This document shows, piece by piece, positions 12,730-26,307 of a stretch of 64,000 nt of DNA. The notes under the pieces were generated by a model. That model was not told where the DNA came from, ran no database searches, and worked only from the letters and a program-made list of their open reading frames with translations. The position numbers and the translations under genes were made by a program. Position 1 is the first letter of the stretch. Every line of letters starts with the position of its first letter. Source of the DNA: Takakia lepidozioides (lineage: Eukaryota; Plantae; Bryophyta); NCBI GenBank assembly GCA_030704615.1, contig CM060731.1, positions 68,262,001-68,326,000 of the forward strand, given 5' to 3'.

Positions 12730-14946
12730 TGATGCGTTGGGTTTCTACTTCGTCAATGCTTCCATGGTCAACCTGGCTTTTTCAGCAGACAAACGAGCTC
12801 TCTCTACCTTCGCTACTTCACGCTCAACAGTTTTTTTTGGCTTCTCAATTGCTTTGCATTTTTATTTATTTCTTTTGCTCTCTTTGCTTCCTCTCTGTCG
12901 ATCTTCTTTTTCTTTTTCTCTTCAAGCAACTGTCTTTTCTCTCTTCTATATCTCTCTTCATCTCCAAGAATTCTGGTCCTGTCACCACTTGTGGATCAGA
13001 AAAATTAAACCCTTGAGCTCTTGCAAGTGGTGCTCGTGTGGGATACACAGGCAAACTCAATATCCTAGATAGATCTTGAGAGTTTCCAGTGGTCAAAAGT
13101 ACTCCACCATTGCTTGCAGGTTGTGGACTGATCGTCTCTGCATTGTTGGAAGGAATACTCGATGCATTTGACTCTGCAAATCTTGTTGTGACATGGGGCT
13201 GAGTAGGCAAATTTTTCGCAGGCACTTCTTGGTATGAGCAGATCGACATGTCACGAATATGTTGCATCCAAACATCTCCACCCTCTATCTCATGTTCATT
13301 CTCAAAGAAAGTAGGGATATGTACCCTATAAACATCACCTGGATTGTCGTATGTTGGAATGAAGTGCTCACTCTCTGTGTACTCAGCAGATTGTTGGTGA
13401 TCGACAGCTTGCGACAAGAGTATCAATAATCCGGAGGTTGGAACATGATCGCCATATTCACCATCCAACCATTCTGCCTGCATGTGATTGTCAACAGCTG
13501 CTGCGTCCTCGTCCTTGTATCTCGTTCTTCCCTGGTACCTCCTTCTTCTTCTCTGCCATCATAGTTAGGAATATCGCAACCCACAAAGACCGTAGATGGA
13601 CCATATTCCTTGTCCATTGCATGAGTATTGAAGGGGTAGATACATGTAGCCTTGAATCCCGACTTTATGTTTGAAGGTGTAAGTACTATAGCTAGTGACT
13701 TAGACACCGGTGTAGCTAACTCTGTCTTGCACACATCACCAGTAGGTCTCTCAAACATAAATCGATCTCTTTCTTTTGTGACAGTTTTTTTGAATGGAGC
13801 GAAACAAGAAACATTGTGAGGCTGTAGCTTGTGGCTAGAATGAGAAGGAATCATGACAACATCTAGCCCTAGAGAGATTGCTCTCTCAATAGCTTCATTG
13901 CTAATGTGAAATGAATGATCATCCAAGACTAGCAAGTGTCGGTTGGTTGGTGATAGACCTCCCGGAACATTAGCAGCAAAGTGGAGTAACCAAGCTGAGA
14001 ACAAACTTGACGTCATCCATGCCTTCTCTTGAAATGTTTGGGCTGCACCTGGTTCACAATTCTCCACATGGTTTCTTGTATGTCTGAGTCCTTTGAAGAT
14101 GTAGAATGAAAGGATGACAAATCCAGTAGCATTCACATAGCACATCACTGTGAGTCATTCCCTCTTTTCATGAATTAGCCCGTACACAGACTTGGAACCT
14201 TTCAATGCAATGACTTTCCTTTTTGCATTGCGCCCAGCCATGACACCTGACTTATCTGCATTCCAGATGTGAGTTGGTGGATATTTATGAACATCCATAA
14301 GCGAGCCTATCAAGCCATAAAACTTTCCAACAAGTGGAGGACACAAATTTTGGGCTCTATTTTTTTCAAGACCTTCAACTTTTCTTAGTGCAAGCTGGGG
14401 ATGACGTCTTTGAAACCAGTACCACCACTTCTTTCCAAGCATCCCATCCTTGAAGCATGTATGTCGTCTTTGGGTAATTTCTTGGACCTTAAACTTTAAC
14501 ATGTTCAAAGAAATAAAACATCTCAATGTTTGCATCTTCAAGCTCCAGTCAACAAGAGCATTCTCTTCCTCTGTGGTTAACTGAGTAGGAGGGCCAGGTC
14601 TCCTCTTTTGCTTATACTTTCCATTCAACCAAATTCTAATTGAGGTGCGAGGGATACCATATTTTCGAGTTGCACCTGAGATAATAATCCAACCTCCTTT
14701 CACCTCAAATATTGTTGTTTCCATCTGTTCACATGTCCAGGATTTGGTTGTGCTTTGTTTGCCTGCTTTGCCCTTGCTGAAAGTCTTCTTAATCACATGC
14801 TCCACCACTTTACAGTTCAGGTTTTCTTTGACAGACGACCGTTTTCTTCTTGGGTGTGGAACTGGCGCAGGATTAGCCAAAGCAGCTTCGGGATGGCAGT
14901 TCTTTGATGCCTGAACTCGATGTCGTTGCGACCTGCGAGGAATCAT
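12730..14946 (-). mobile_element. Degenerate pogo/Tc1-mariner-superfamily transposase (HTH_psq + CENP-B HTH + DDE_1)
   Basis: W..E.M......V..G...I..A.RKYGIPRTSI (psq HTH); LT.EEE.ALV.W; G.KWWYWF..RHP.L; IWNADKSG; AWMTS.LF..WL; LLVLDDHSFH; PSHSSHKLQP.NVSCF.PFK. A stop at 14155 and a frameshift near 13450. TIRs not identified. Confidence 0.9.
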
Positions 14947-16110
14947 ATTTTAGTTTCTAAAGTCTACCGCCTAATTCTTTTTTTCAGCTTGAATTTTCTT
15001 AAGTTGTCTGACACCAAGCGTTCTATAGAAAACTGTAGCACGACTGACTCTAGCTAAATCATTGTGGTGATAGTAACAATGTCTACGACACTCTTTAGTT
15101 AAAATGCTAAGCTTGTAAAATGTAAAAACAAAATCAGCGTGCAGTGGTTTAGCAATTCCCTCTTTGGAAATGTCATGTGGCATACCATTTGTGTACTCTA
15201 CCCTAGGATATGTTTCATTGAACTTAGAAGCAATAGTTTCTAACACTAGTTTGATAATGAGTTCTTGATCTACCCTAGTATGTTGCCTAATTGAAGCATT
15301 CATATTCTATGAACATGATCTACATCTATATATATGAACCACAAAATTGCATTCCTAAACTAGACCAGTAAGGTGAGCAAAACAAAAGAAAACAAGAAGC
15401 TGCCTCAAGTGAAAGGCTTGTCACCAGCAAAATAGAAAGAGCTTGGGGATGGAAGAGGAAGAATTGTATAAAGAAAAGAGAGAGAGAGAGAGAGACAGCT
15501 TGAGAGAGAGAGAGCTTGAGCGGTAAATTTTGAAGCTCAAAGATCTATGGAATCGAAACAATTTAAAGTTTAGATTTGCTTAATGCATAGCTGCGCACTT
15601 TTTGCAGTATCTCCTTTGAATGTATTGGGGCATGTTAATAGTTGTCCCCTCTTTAATACAATATGTCATGAAGTATGGTTGTCCCCTCTTTAACACACTG
15701 TCATAAAGTATGGTGGCGGCTCGAAATCTGAGAGTACCTATGTTATATGAAAAATGTGACAGATGAATTATGTTCAGGATAGGGCCTGTAAGGGTGGCTT
15801 TTATGGGTGCATTCATGGCTGCAATAGGGTGTGTGATTTGATCCATAGTGGGTGCTGCCAGTCCGCCAGTCTGCCCGCCAGTCCCCTGCCATCCAGTCCG
15901 CTGACGGCGCAGGATCGCCACCGTCCATTCCCATAACCCATCCGAGCCCTCCATTTTTAGGGCTGCAATTCAAACCTGCATCCCTGCCGTTTGCCACTTG
16001 CCAGCAGCCGCGAACGTGCGCACTGTTCTCCTGGCACGTTGTCGATCGTGTCTTGTACTGCGGCGCGTTTCTTGCATGTTCAGAAGCGTGTCCTTTGTAC
16101 TGTATAGGGC

Positions 16111-16440
16111 ATGGACGTGGAAGCAAAACCCGATGATATACTGATCACGGAAAGCCCGCTTATACGGCCTCTTCGACAATGTTTGCAAACAGCAAAACCA
16201 GGACCCTTCAACAGGAAGGATCTCCATTGGAAGAGTGAGACGCAATATGGGTTTATGAGTGTGCGAGTGAATGTTGAAAAGGCCTGCATACTTTGGGATA
16301 GAGTTGGTGACTTCGTCCTGGGAGAGGAGAGTTTGGAGGACTACCCCACTCAGTTTTGGGTGAATGTCCATTCTAAAGTGGAACCCGGCTCGCGAAAAGC
16401 ACCCAGAGCCAACACATTTCTGTCCAGTATTATGTGTGCA
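16111..16440 (+). pseudogene. 5' fragment of a Mutator-like (SWIM-type) transposase
   Basis: PFNRKDLHW...ACILWDRVGDFVLGEE...YPTQF resembles, from memory, the N-terminus of plant SWIM-zinc-finger MULE-derived proteins (F..ADL.W...ALIP..RV..FI.GE....CPT.F). The catalytic part is absent. Confidence 0.6.
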
Positions 16441-17009
16441 CCATCCTCAGTCCTTTTGACGTTTCATTGCATGTCTGTTGCCATTTTTTGTTTCACGAGT
16501 TCTCTGATTTTATGCTTCCTCAAGTCGTTGGATATCGATTTTAGAATTTTCTGTCCAGGTATCAATGCTGCTACGGTCCTCCAACGGACTCACGCACAGT
16601 CTCCCAACAGAGTCACAGTCAACAGACTGCGAGCGCCAGTAAGCCAGTCTGCTGGCCAGTCTGCTGCCCACTCCAAAACTCTGCTCACCACACTTCCACC
16701 TCATCCCTGCAACTTATGCCAATCCAGCGTCCCAGCGGACTCATGGACATGGTGCCTCCCAGACTAGGTACCAAGACCCATCAGTCCTAGCCTCGGCAGC
16801 GTACTGCTCGCACATTCAAGCTCAGCAGACTCGGGTGCACAGTGCATGGAAAAATTGACACCATTGTGTCCATTGAGTTTAGTGATAACATTACAAAACA
16901 TGCCAGCACCCACAGTACACAAAAGTGCTCATCACCACTGGAATAGTAAGCGAAAAGACTTGCATTTTTTATTTCGGTACATAGACTTCACAGGACAAGT
17001 ACATCATAC

Positions 17010-18700
17010 TCATGAGAGCAGTTTCTCTACATTGTCCAACCCCCGCACGATATACTGGGCACACTGCATTCGCTGCCCAAGTGCAAACTTGAAAGAAAAC
17101 CAGTCCTTTATGAAAGGTGTTCCTCTCTCTGGCTTTGCAGTCTTGGAGACATTTGCTCTGACTTTTACCCACTCATAAAACACTTGAATGAATGACATGA
17201 CGTAAAAGACACACTCCCAGCTGAATGGTTGCTGGGGCACATCAGGCGCGTGGAACTGAAATGCTTGGACAATCTCATGCCACTCTGGTGAGTCCATCGA
17301 GTACCCTAAGCACTGCGCATGAAGCTTCCGAATCCACCCTAGAACAAAGGGACATTTATGCAAGTCCCTGATAGAGTTCAGGTGAGTGTAACAGCCCTTG
17401 CGGAGGTCGATGATACAAACACTCCAGTGCCCCCTGCAATGGTATCAAACAACATGGCGTCATTGCACAATCATGATGGGCAGACTCAGCAGACTGACAC
17501 TCAGCAGACCGACCACTCAGCAGACTCAGCACTCAGCAGACTCAATCTTCAAACCCAGTCCACTGCACAAATACAGAGGTCAACTTAATCGCTCAGAGTC
17601 AAGACGACACTACAAAACCAGACTATGACTCAGCAGACAGTCTCAGCAGACTCAGAAGAGTTCTTACTCGTCCCCAATTGGCACCAAAATGAAATCGCAC
17701 TCTTTCAAGTCCTTGCCCAGTCGTTCAGTGCTGAGGCAACCTTTCAAGACCTCCAGAAGGCTTTCATGTTGCCCCACCCCCAATGACTTCAACACCATCC
17801 ACGTCGACGTTGGAAGAACAATAATAGTGTTGGTGAACGCAGCCTCAACCGACTTCTCAGAGAATCGACACCATAGCTCCAGGAGTCTATCTGTGCACTC
17901 CGACTCAACCTTCTGGACCGCCTTTATGTCATCCGGTGACAGTCCGCATTCAAACCGTGGGTCCCCTTCAAAAAGCATCAGCATGGAATTACCCGCCTTC
18001 ACGTGCAGAGCATGTGCTTTGCCAAACCGAGCACCCATCCTGCACAGAGCAGACCATCCTTCGGGAAGCCTCATGTACTGAACAGACTGACGTCAACATG
18101 GTACCAAACACTCTACAGGCTGAACAATTCATCAGACTGACAAGACTAACCACAACAGACAATGATGAAACCAGCAGCAGACTGACCAACGTGCAGACTG
18201 ACCACAACAGACCGCAAAGCACTTAACGACAAAGACAGACGAGGAGACTGAGCACAGTACTCACCTGTGCTGCTCCAAGAAACGACCCACATCTTTGTCC
18301 ATGTCCAAGGCCAGCTTGCGGTTCTTGTTCATAAAGACGCCAGACTTTTTCTTCGCCGGTCTCTTGGTACTCGGACCCTCCTCGATCTCCTCAGCATGGT
18401 CCACGACAGTCCGCTTCTTGGCTTTGCCTCTCCCCTGGGAAGCAGGGACAGCTGTAGGCGGGCTGGATAGAGCAGACAAACGCAGCGCTGCCGCCCTACT
18501 TCGCAATAGAGGCTGGTCAGCAGGTTTGTTTACACTTGCTGGACCTGTCTTTGCAGCTTCGTGGATCGCATGCGTAGAACTGACCCGCGCATCGGGGGGC
18601 GTGCTCACCCCCACACCTTTGATGGTTGTCGATCCCACGTTTGCAGCATGGGCGGAAGATGTCATGTCCTTAGAAGTAGACAGTCTGCCGACGGAGGGAC
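17010..18700 (-). CDS. Ulp1-like (peptidase C48, SUMO/Ubl protease) domain, spliced; 3' part of a long TE-borne gene
   Basis: Joining the ~17667-18074 and 17010-17433 exons across a GT-AG intron gives DFILVPIGDE-GHWSVCIIDL..CYTHLNS...VPQQPFSWECVFYV, with His, Asn (Asp position), Gln and Cys. Confidence 0.8.
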
Positions 18701-18756
18701 GAACATCCTGTGAGGATACCGAGCAAAATGTTGAATTAGCCCAATTTCACAATGTG

Positions 18757-21548
18757 CTAAAACATAAACAACAGTGCTGAAAGAGGAAATGGCACAACCT
18801 GCCCAAGGGGTGAGGGAGCAGACTCCATGTAATCCAGCGCTATACCAGACGGTGTCTGCGCCGCATGTGGTTCCTTGTCAGTGTGCCTGCCAGCATGTTC
18901 AGTCTGTTGCTCAATGTGGGCAGTCTGCTCGGCCGCCGGTTCTTCGTCAGTCTTTTCGTCTGTGAACTGTGCAGTCTGCTGGCAACTCTGCGGTTCAGTC
19001 TCTTCCTCAATGTGGGCAATGTGCTCGGTGGCAGGTTGGTCGTCAGTCATTCCCTCTGTGAAGTGTGCAGTGTGCTGGTCAGGCCGTGCAATCTGAACTG
19101 TGCAGTCAGAGCTGAGCTGTGCAGTCTGCCGCTCCGAGCCATCCTGGTCAGTCCTTCCATCTGTGACCTGTGCAGTCTGCTGGTTAGTCTGCGGTTTGGT
19201 CTGCTCATCAATGAAGACAGTATGCTGCCCCGCCACAAGTTGCTCGGCAGTCCTTCCATGTGTCCACTGTTCAGTGTGCTGGTCAGTCTGGTGGACAGCC
19301 GGCTGGGTGTTCGGATCTCCATGGACTTGGGAAACATCAAGAACATGTATGGAAGACCCACCGGCAATTGCTTCTTCAGACTCTTCTGTAAGATCTATGA
19401 TACGGTTTTGCGTTCCCAGATTGAATTCGGTCATCACGTAAGACTCATCTATGGCTTTCGCCACTGAGCGCACGAAAACGGGACTAACCTGGAAGGTCAT
19501 AGAAGGCAGGCCACGGGGAGATGGATAAGAATGCTTTACCGGTGACCTGATGACGTCGTCAGTGAATGTGCATAGGGGGAAAGTGGACTCGGTTAAAACA
19601 CTCATACTGGCAAATCCAAAAACATGTTGTTGGGAACTCAGCAGAAATTCGTCCACAGGGTCCCGGTGAGGCCAGTGCATCCGAGTCTGTTGCACAATCC
19701 AGGGAACAGACTAGCTGTTAGTCTCCTGGATAGTCTGCTCGGCCATCTACTGAGTGGGTTCGTCAGTGTGCTGCACAGTCTGCTGAGGGGCAATTTGCTG
19801 GCTGGATTCGTCGGTGTGCTGCACGGTCTGCTGAAGGGCAATCTGCTGGCTGGATTCGTCGGTCTGCTGCACGGTCTGTTGTACAGTTTGCTGAGGGGCA
19901 GTCTGGTGGCCATGTTCGCTGGTCTGCTGCACAGTCGGCTGAGGGGCAGTCTGTTGGCCGGTCTGTTCTCCGGTCTGCTGCAAAGTCTGCAAAGTTCGCT
20001 GCCCGCTCAGTACTGTTTGCACATACTGAGTATGTGTGTGCAGGGCAGTCTGCTGGGAGTGATCCGGCCTATTACCCGGGACGGTCTGGTGCACATGCTC
20101 GGTCTCCAGCACTTGGGCAGTCTGCCCACATGTGTCGTGGGGAATATGTTGTTCGACATTCTTGTGGCCAGTTTGCTGGACAGTCTCCCGAACTCCTTGT
20201 AAAGCCAGGACAAGGTCCCTTGCACCTCTGGCAAAAGAGTCGAAAGCAGCCTGCACTTGCTTGTCTCCCAGATCAACTCGCCTTGCAACACATGTTTATG
20301 CAAATGTGAACTTGTAAAAAAGTTGGCAAAAGAAATTGAGCTGAAACACGAAAGTTGCCCATAACATTTTACCTTCCAAGAGATTTCCGACGAGGCCAAT
20401 GTCCTTGATTTGCCGGCACAGGCATGCTCCATCGAGATGAGCAATGGTGCCGATGCGGTCTTCAGTTGGGATCCCACACCACAGGACTTTGAAGACATTG
20501 GGATTCTGCAAAACAATGTCGAATACTGCTCGCTCCATCACCAATGCAAACCAGTGCAATGCGTCATCCACCACAAACTTCTGTGAATGGTCTGTTCCAT
20601 GGAGTAAGTCCATCCTCAAACTATGCAGATCCTTCATCAACTTGTTGTATGAGCGGAAATTGCCAAATTGCATCCATCTGTGTTGTAGGAAGGAAGCTGC
20701 CATGCGCTCAAAGTCCTCATCAGTCAATCCGAACAAGTGCTTTCTTCGCACCCCAAAGGTTGGATGTGCCATAGGCATATGTCTGAGGTCTTCAGGCCGT
20801 GGGTCATCCATGAGAATCAGCTACACAAGTAGAGGCGGCGCATTTTGGTCGCTTGTGGCTTCAATGGCAACAACAGAGGCGGCTTCTAGAACATGGTTGG
20901 CTTCCTCAATAGAAAACTCCATGGAATAATGAAAGGGTACAAATGACCACCGGCGGTCCGCAACAATCCGGTGGAGCTCATTATGCCAATCCAAATGGGG
21001 ATTAATTTCTCCCACCCTAAGTCGGGGAAGTGTGAGGTCTTCAGCTCCGGGTCGAATTACCGGTGATGGCGATCGCCAAACTGTAAAAAGCGCCGTGCTA
21101 TGTGAGAGAAAGGCAGTCTGCTGGTCCGCAGTCTATTGGATGACATGACTTCTCATTGGCATGGGCTGCATGATGGGCTCTTGGAGAGGAGTCTGCAGGA
21201 TGACAGGCTGCTCGTTGGGAGTCTACTCTGTTGGAGTCTGCTGGATGACAAGCTGCTGAACGAGAGTCTGCTGGATGACGGCCTGCTGAATGGGAGTCTG
21301 CTGGATAGCAGACTCGGCTGTCCCAGACGCATTCCCCCCGATGCGTCTTCAATATGTAATGCCGCTATATCAGCAGATGACCCAGGATACTTCAATAATA
21401 TGTACTCTTGCACGCGGTCCACTTCCGCACGCACTGCAGTCGCTTGTAAAGGGGCATCATTGCTAGGTATCCGCCAAGCCTGAATGGCCCTACGAATAGA
21501 AACACGTTCATCCTGGTACACGGTAGAGAACTTCGACGTCAGGAACAT
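18757..21548 (-). pseudogene. Upstream, frame-broken coding region of the Ulp1-bearing gene with Gln/Thr-rich repeats
   Basis: Successive minus-strand ORFs 21153-21548, 20821-21015, 20296-20811, 19747-20256 and 18757-19695. QQTAPQQTVQQT repeats at 19700-20000 and ~30-bp repeats at 21180-21320. Confidence 0.55.
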
Positions 21549-21844
21549 GGACGTGGACTCTATATTTACCTCATGCAGCGGACTGGACTCACAGACCAGG
21601 AGACTGTAACGTGCGTACGTAGGGTGGAGGCAACTAGTAGACTATACCAGTGGATTGGACCAGCGGATTGACAAACGGACTCAGTAAGTAATGCAGCGAT
21701 ATAAAACAGACTAACTGACGAGCGGACTGAGCCAGCGGACTGAGGAGAGAATGCAGGGGACTGACCAGACTGAATAGGCAACGTGACCCCGATGATGGAC
21801 TCAAATAGCACAGAGAACAGACTGGGCGGTCAGACTGATCATTA

Positions 21845-22805
21845 CCTCATCTACTTCATCATCGTCATCTTCATCTTCAAAGCTGTTCAACCAGTTCTGT
21901 TCCGCCTGTCGGATTAATGTGCGTAGCAGACCTGACTGGGCAACTCTGTAGAAATAACGGAAGAAGTCTGGATCCCCAATTGGTGGGCACTCTGGTGGGA
22001 AAAGCCCAAAGTCAACGAGGCGTAATGTGCCAGGGCAGACTGGCCCTTCAGTGCTCTGTTGAGTTTTTGGTTTTGACCCTAAACCGATGGCATGGGTCGC
22101 GATATTTGTGTGAGTCTGTTGTCAAGTCTGGTCAGGCAAGTCAATGTCCACTGGACTTGTCACCCCTTCCAGGCCCTGAGCAGATTCATTTTCAGTATCA
22201 GTACTAATGGTGTAGGTCTGCCGCCCAGGACGGGGTTCAGTCTGTTGCGTGGATTTTGCCCTTGCCTCGCGAGCAGACCTTGCAGCCTTCTCCTTTTTTT
22301 GCCTCTCCTTTTTTTGGGCCCCATCACTCAGTTTACGTTTTCTGGGAGCGTCCAGCGTTCCCTGCACTTGCAAATCCTCCATTGACGGGCCACCACAATC
22401 GACGCCATACCGTGCGCGCACTTCGTCTAATTCCAAAGTGCGGGGGTCAAGCACTGATCCGCGCAAGCGCATTGTGGCCTCTTTGACAATCGACATTTCT
22501 TTCAGTATCGGCCAAGGCTTGAAATCCCGTGGAATCATTGCAACAGTCTCCTTGCAACCCGTGTCAACACAATGCCGATTTAGTTGGATTTTGTCTTTGA
22601 TTACCTCTTCACAGAAGGGACAGAAGAGCTTGTCCTTCTGCCAATTTGAGTTTTTGGACTTCCGGGCGTGGAGGTCTACAAATGCTTCCACTATTTTATG
22701 ATCAAACTCGTCTGGTGAGTACTAGTACCTTTGCTCCTTCTTCAGTCTGGTTTGGTGCACAAAATCCAACCAGTCCGCTCCACCTTTTTCACAAGCATCT
22801 TCCAT
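21845..22805 (-). pseudogene. TE-associated ORF with zinc-finger-like motif and basic NLS, function unknown
   Basis: CPFCEEVIKDKIQLNRHCVDTGC; PRKRK...KKERQKKEK; acidic EDEDDDDE before a GT donor near 21845; one in-frame stop upstream. Confidence 0.5.
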
Positions 22806-23673
22806 CGCTGCAGAATGAAACGAAGGTGCAAGGACAATGAGCGACAGAGCGACAGATAGAAGTCCTATGAAAACACTCACCCTAAGTAAGAAGAGGACAC
22901 AAAATGGAATGGAAACACCGCAGCAAGTGAGAACCTCACCGAGCCAATGAACTTCGAGTTGTTACGAAGACGAGCGTGTTTGCGACGCTTCGCGGCTCAC
23001 TGCGACTCTCCACACCTGGGGAAGAACGGTCGTCTTTCGTTACGGTGATGGAAACGCAAAGAGGAAAACAAAGCAGTGCAAAACTGTGCGAAGAAACAGA
23101 CGCGAAGAGAATGGAGAAAGTAGGAGTAGAAGGGGGAAAGCGGGCATGGCACTGCCAATGTGGCGCGATTTCACAGGCGCCAACTATCTGCTGTCATCTC
23201 ATTGAATACGTCCACCGAACGAACGGATCGTACTAAATTTATCCACGCTCCTCGCAAGTGCAGCAGACTCCTTTCCCATCGGGCCGAGAGTCCACCGGAC
23301 CGCCAGTCCAGCGGACTATTCGCTTTGCTGAGGCGAAGCGGCTTCATATTGGAGGCACTTCCCAGCGGAATGAAGACAAAAGAGAGTAAGGGGAGAACAG
23401 GAAAGTTGAACACACCCATTGCGAACAGACTCGTGGCACAACAGACTAATGCATGCACAGTCCAACAGACTGATATCCATAGAGGCTGTGGGGCAGACCA
23501 GGGACGCCGCTGTGGGACGCCGCTTGCCATGAATAGAGAATTTCGAAAGGAAAAGTTCTAGCAGCAGCTGCTATGATTTAGTTGAGATCCGTGCAATCTT
23601 TTGCCAATTCTTTGGATCCACTTATCGATCATCCATGTAGCATTCATGTGTGAAATACGAACTAGGGGCGCTC

Positions 23674-23753
23674 CTACTGGGGGTATCTTGTTCCTACCTG
23701 CGCTCCGAGACCCGCAAGGTCGAGGGCAGGTAGGAGTAGGATACCCCCAGTAG
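23674..23753. repeat. 80-nt near-perfect inverted repeat (stem-loop)
   Basis: CTACTGGGGGTATC/GATACCCCCAGTAG and TCCTACCTGC/GCAGGTAGGA arms. Confidence 0.9.
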
Positions 23754-26307
23754 CTACGTGGGGCAGCTACAGTACGTAGCGCACGCATGCCTTCCCGTAC
23801 TCCCGTACTTTGTAAAATCAGGTAGGTACCTTGCTTTTTCAGGTAGGTAGCTGCGAAATCGTTGAATGCAAAAGAAATCAAGAAAGTGCTTTCAGGACGT
23901 TGCTCACCTCTTTGACAAAGGCAAAGGTGTAGAAGATTTGCCAGTTTCTTCGACGGCAATTGTTTCATTGACCAAGGGATTGTCACCTATGGTGCCATCG
24001 CCATCGTCTGGACTGAGCAATGGTGAAGTTGGGAGTTCGTTTCGCCACGGAAATGTGATGTCGCATAGTACCTTCAATTTCACTTTTGTTATGGACCCTT
24101 ATATGAGGGTCACTCTTGGGGAATTGTCCTCGTCAAAAGAATTGAGACTGCGCTCCGAGTGGCTCCGAGTAGTTCATTGAGGTTGAGTGGAGACTGCAGA
24201 CACGGTAGTTGGAGGAATTTATGTTCATCGAGCTTTCTAGCTCTTTCCCTGTAAGTTGCAGGACATAGAGGCGGAGAAATACTCCATCCAGAGGCCATTC
24301 TAGTTGATACATAGGCCATTTACTTCATACACAGGTGGGAAATCTCCTCATACAGACAGTCACATATTGCAGCTTTATCGAACATTGTCGCACGTGACTG
24401 ATTTTCTGGAACCCTATAAAGCGTCTCTTTGAACTGATCCGGGCCTGGGAGATATTCTGGATCTGTAGATTATCATCAAGACAATTTGGCCAAAGTTGGA
24501 CTCAGGCGATATGCTCTAACAGCCTTAATTTGAGCTTCTATCGATCTATTAATTCTATCTGTAGTTATACGAGAGTTATACCGGACTGCTCTGCCTACAA
24601 CACGATGCAGTAGTGAACTAGTAGTTTTGTTTGAGCACTTTTTGATCGAGATTCTGTGTGTACACAACAGAATACATCAGGTTTTGGGGCTTCCAGTACT
24701 TGTGCCTGGCTCTTACATCCAAAAAGTAAGTCTAAGTGGACAGGAGGATATATATGTGGAATCCCTGAACCATAACTCTTCATAGTGATTGATCATGATG
24801 GTAAATGTAAATTTGAAATAGAGAATACAGATCATCTCTGAGCTTTCTGTGAGGTCACTGCTAGCTCTACGTCATCTTGAAAGCTGTAATGCACCTCTTC
24901 CGTGCAGCAGGGCCAAAGCTGGCAACTTCAGCTGGACGGCAGTAGATTGATAAGAATAGCTGAATTGCATAGATGATCTGCATGTCTAGATACATGGATT
25001 GTACGTCGTGGAGTATTTGAAAAGAATATATAACCTCCCGAGACTGGGGACTAGTTGTGAGATTGTAATTCTTTTAAACTGCACTTTAACAATGTGGACA
25101 TCACTTCCTAGTAGAGCTCCTGCAGATGTACAAACACCAAAGAACACCAGGATGACTACACATATGAATGTTCAGTGTAATGTACTCTAATATATTGTGA
25201 CATCTGATATTGGACAGGGAGACCAAGTATCTATATGTTAATTGGCATTCACACTTTTGAAAGAAATCTTTGAACGCAAAAGAAATCAAGAGAGTGCTTT
25301 CAGAAGGCTGCAAAGCGCTTCACAAGGTCGTTCACTATGACCTGTAGCTGACTCACCTCTGCACCAATGCCAAAGCGCCACGTAGGCGAGAGTCAGGGCC
25401 AGTGCGCTACGGGTGTTGAAATTGCTCCATTTTTACCACAGGTGCTGGCTGTCTTAACACCCTTAGTTCTTCAATCACATTGTTGGTCTCCTTATCTCCT
25501 CTTTTACAACCAAAAGTAGTGAGACATCATGCTTTTGTAACTTGAAATCTTGACTGTCTGTAGCTGCCATTTCTTGATTGAAGCAACACTGGGGCTAAGG
25601 TAGAGGACTACAATAGAAGAGCTCAAGGAAACATTATAGTTTCTGCTCTGATGGCCACTTTCCTTCCTTCTCTGGCCTCTGGCCACTAGCCACTAGCTTG
25701 TTACCCAAGTTCACATAGTGACATATTTCATTGATCTGTGGAGCAGGTTGCAGCTCTGAAGCAAATCAATGTCAAAAACGAAGCTGCAAAAGAGGGCCCC
25801 GAATTTCAGGCCTTAACCACAGGGAAAAAGTATTGTTTGAAGGACTGGTAAATGCATATGGAGAGAGAATTGAATTTTAATTCCTTGACAAATGTATCTT
25901 TTACGCTAAGAAAAGCATCAGAAAGCTGAATATAAGAAACTCGGTGCAATGAGCTGAGGTCCGTGACCTTAGCTTCCTAATTTCTCATTAAGTCATCATT
26001 TTGATGCACAATTATCTCCACTCTCAACACAAGCTCATCCATAATCAGCTGCAGTGTACTGTCTAAATTGAGGCACCCTGCATACCACACAGAACTACAA
26101 TCAAGGCACGCTAGCTACAGCTTAACCTGATAAAACATCAGCAAGTATGCGTCAAAAACACTGAGCAGATCAGACAGAATCTTACGGAGAATCACACATT
26201 GCTTCCTCTGTTACAAGTTAATCCCTAAGAAAAACATTTAGATATCATAGTTAACCAGCATGTTCATGAAGTGGGTTTGCTGTCCACGTGGTAGTCAAGC
26301 ATAAGCC

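Noticed and set aside
12420-15850. Possible TIRs for the pogo element (TTAAAGGCCATATCC vs GGATAGGGCCTGTAA)
   Set aside because: The match is short and imperfect, and no TA-flanked terminal pair could be defined.
18295-20202. Long plus-strand ORFs (18295-18780, 18865-19467, 19624-20202)
   Set aside because: They are antisense shadows of the repetitive Gln/Thr-rich minus-strand coding region.
24476-24667. RVVGRAVRYNSR resembles SF2 helicase motif VI of poxvirus/NCLDV D11-like helicases
   Set aside because: It lacks the conserved Gln, and I found no other helicase motifs nearby. Likely chance unless BLASTX of 23900-25700 shows otherwise.
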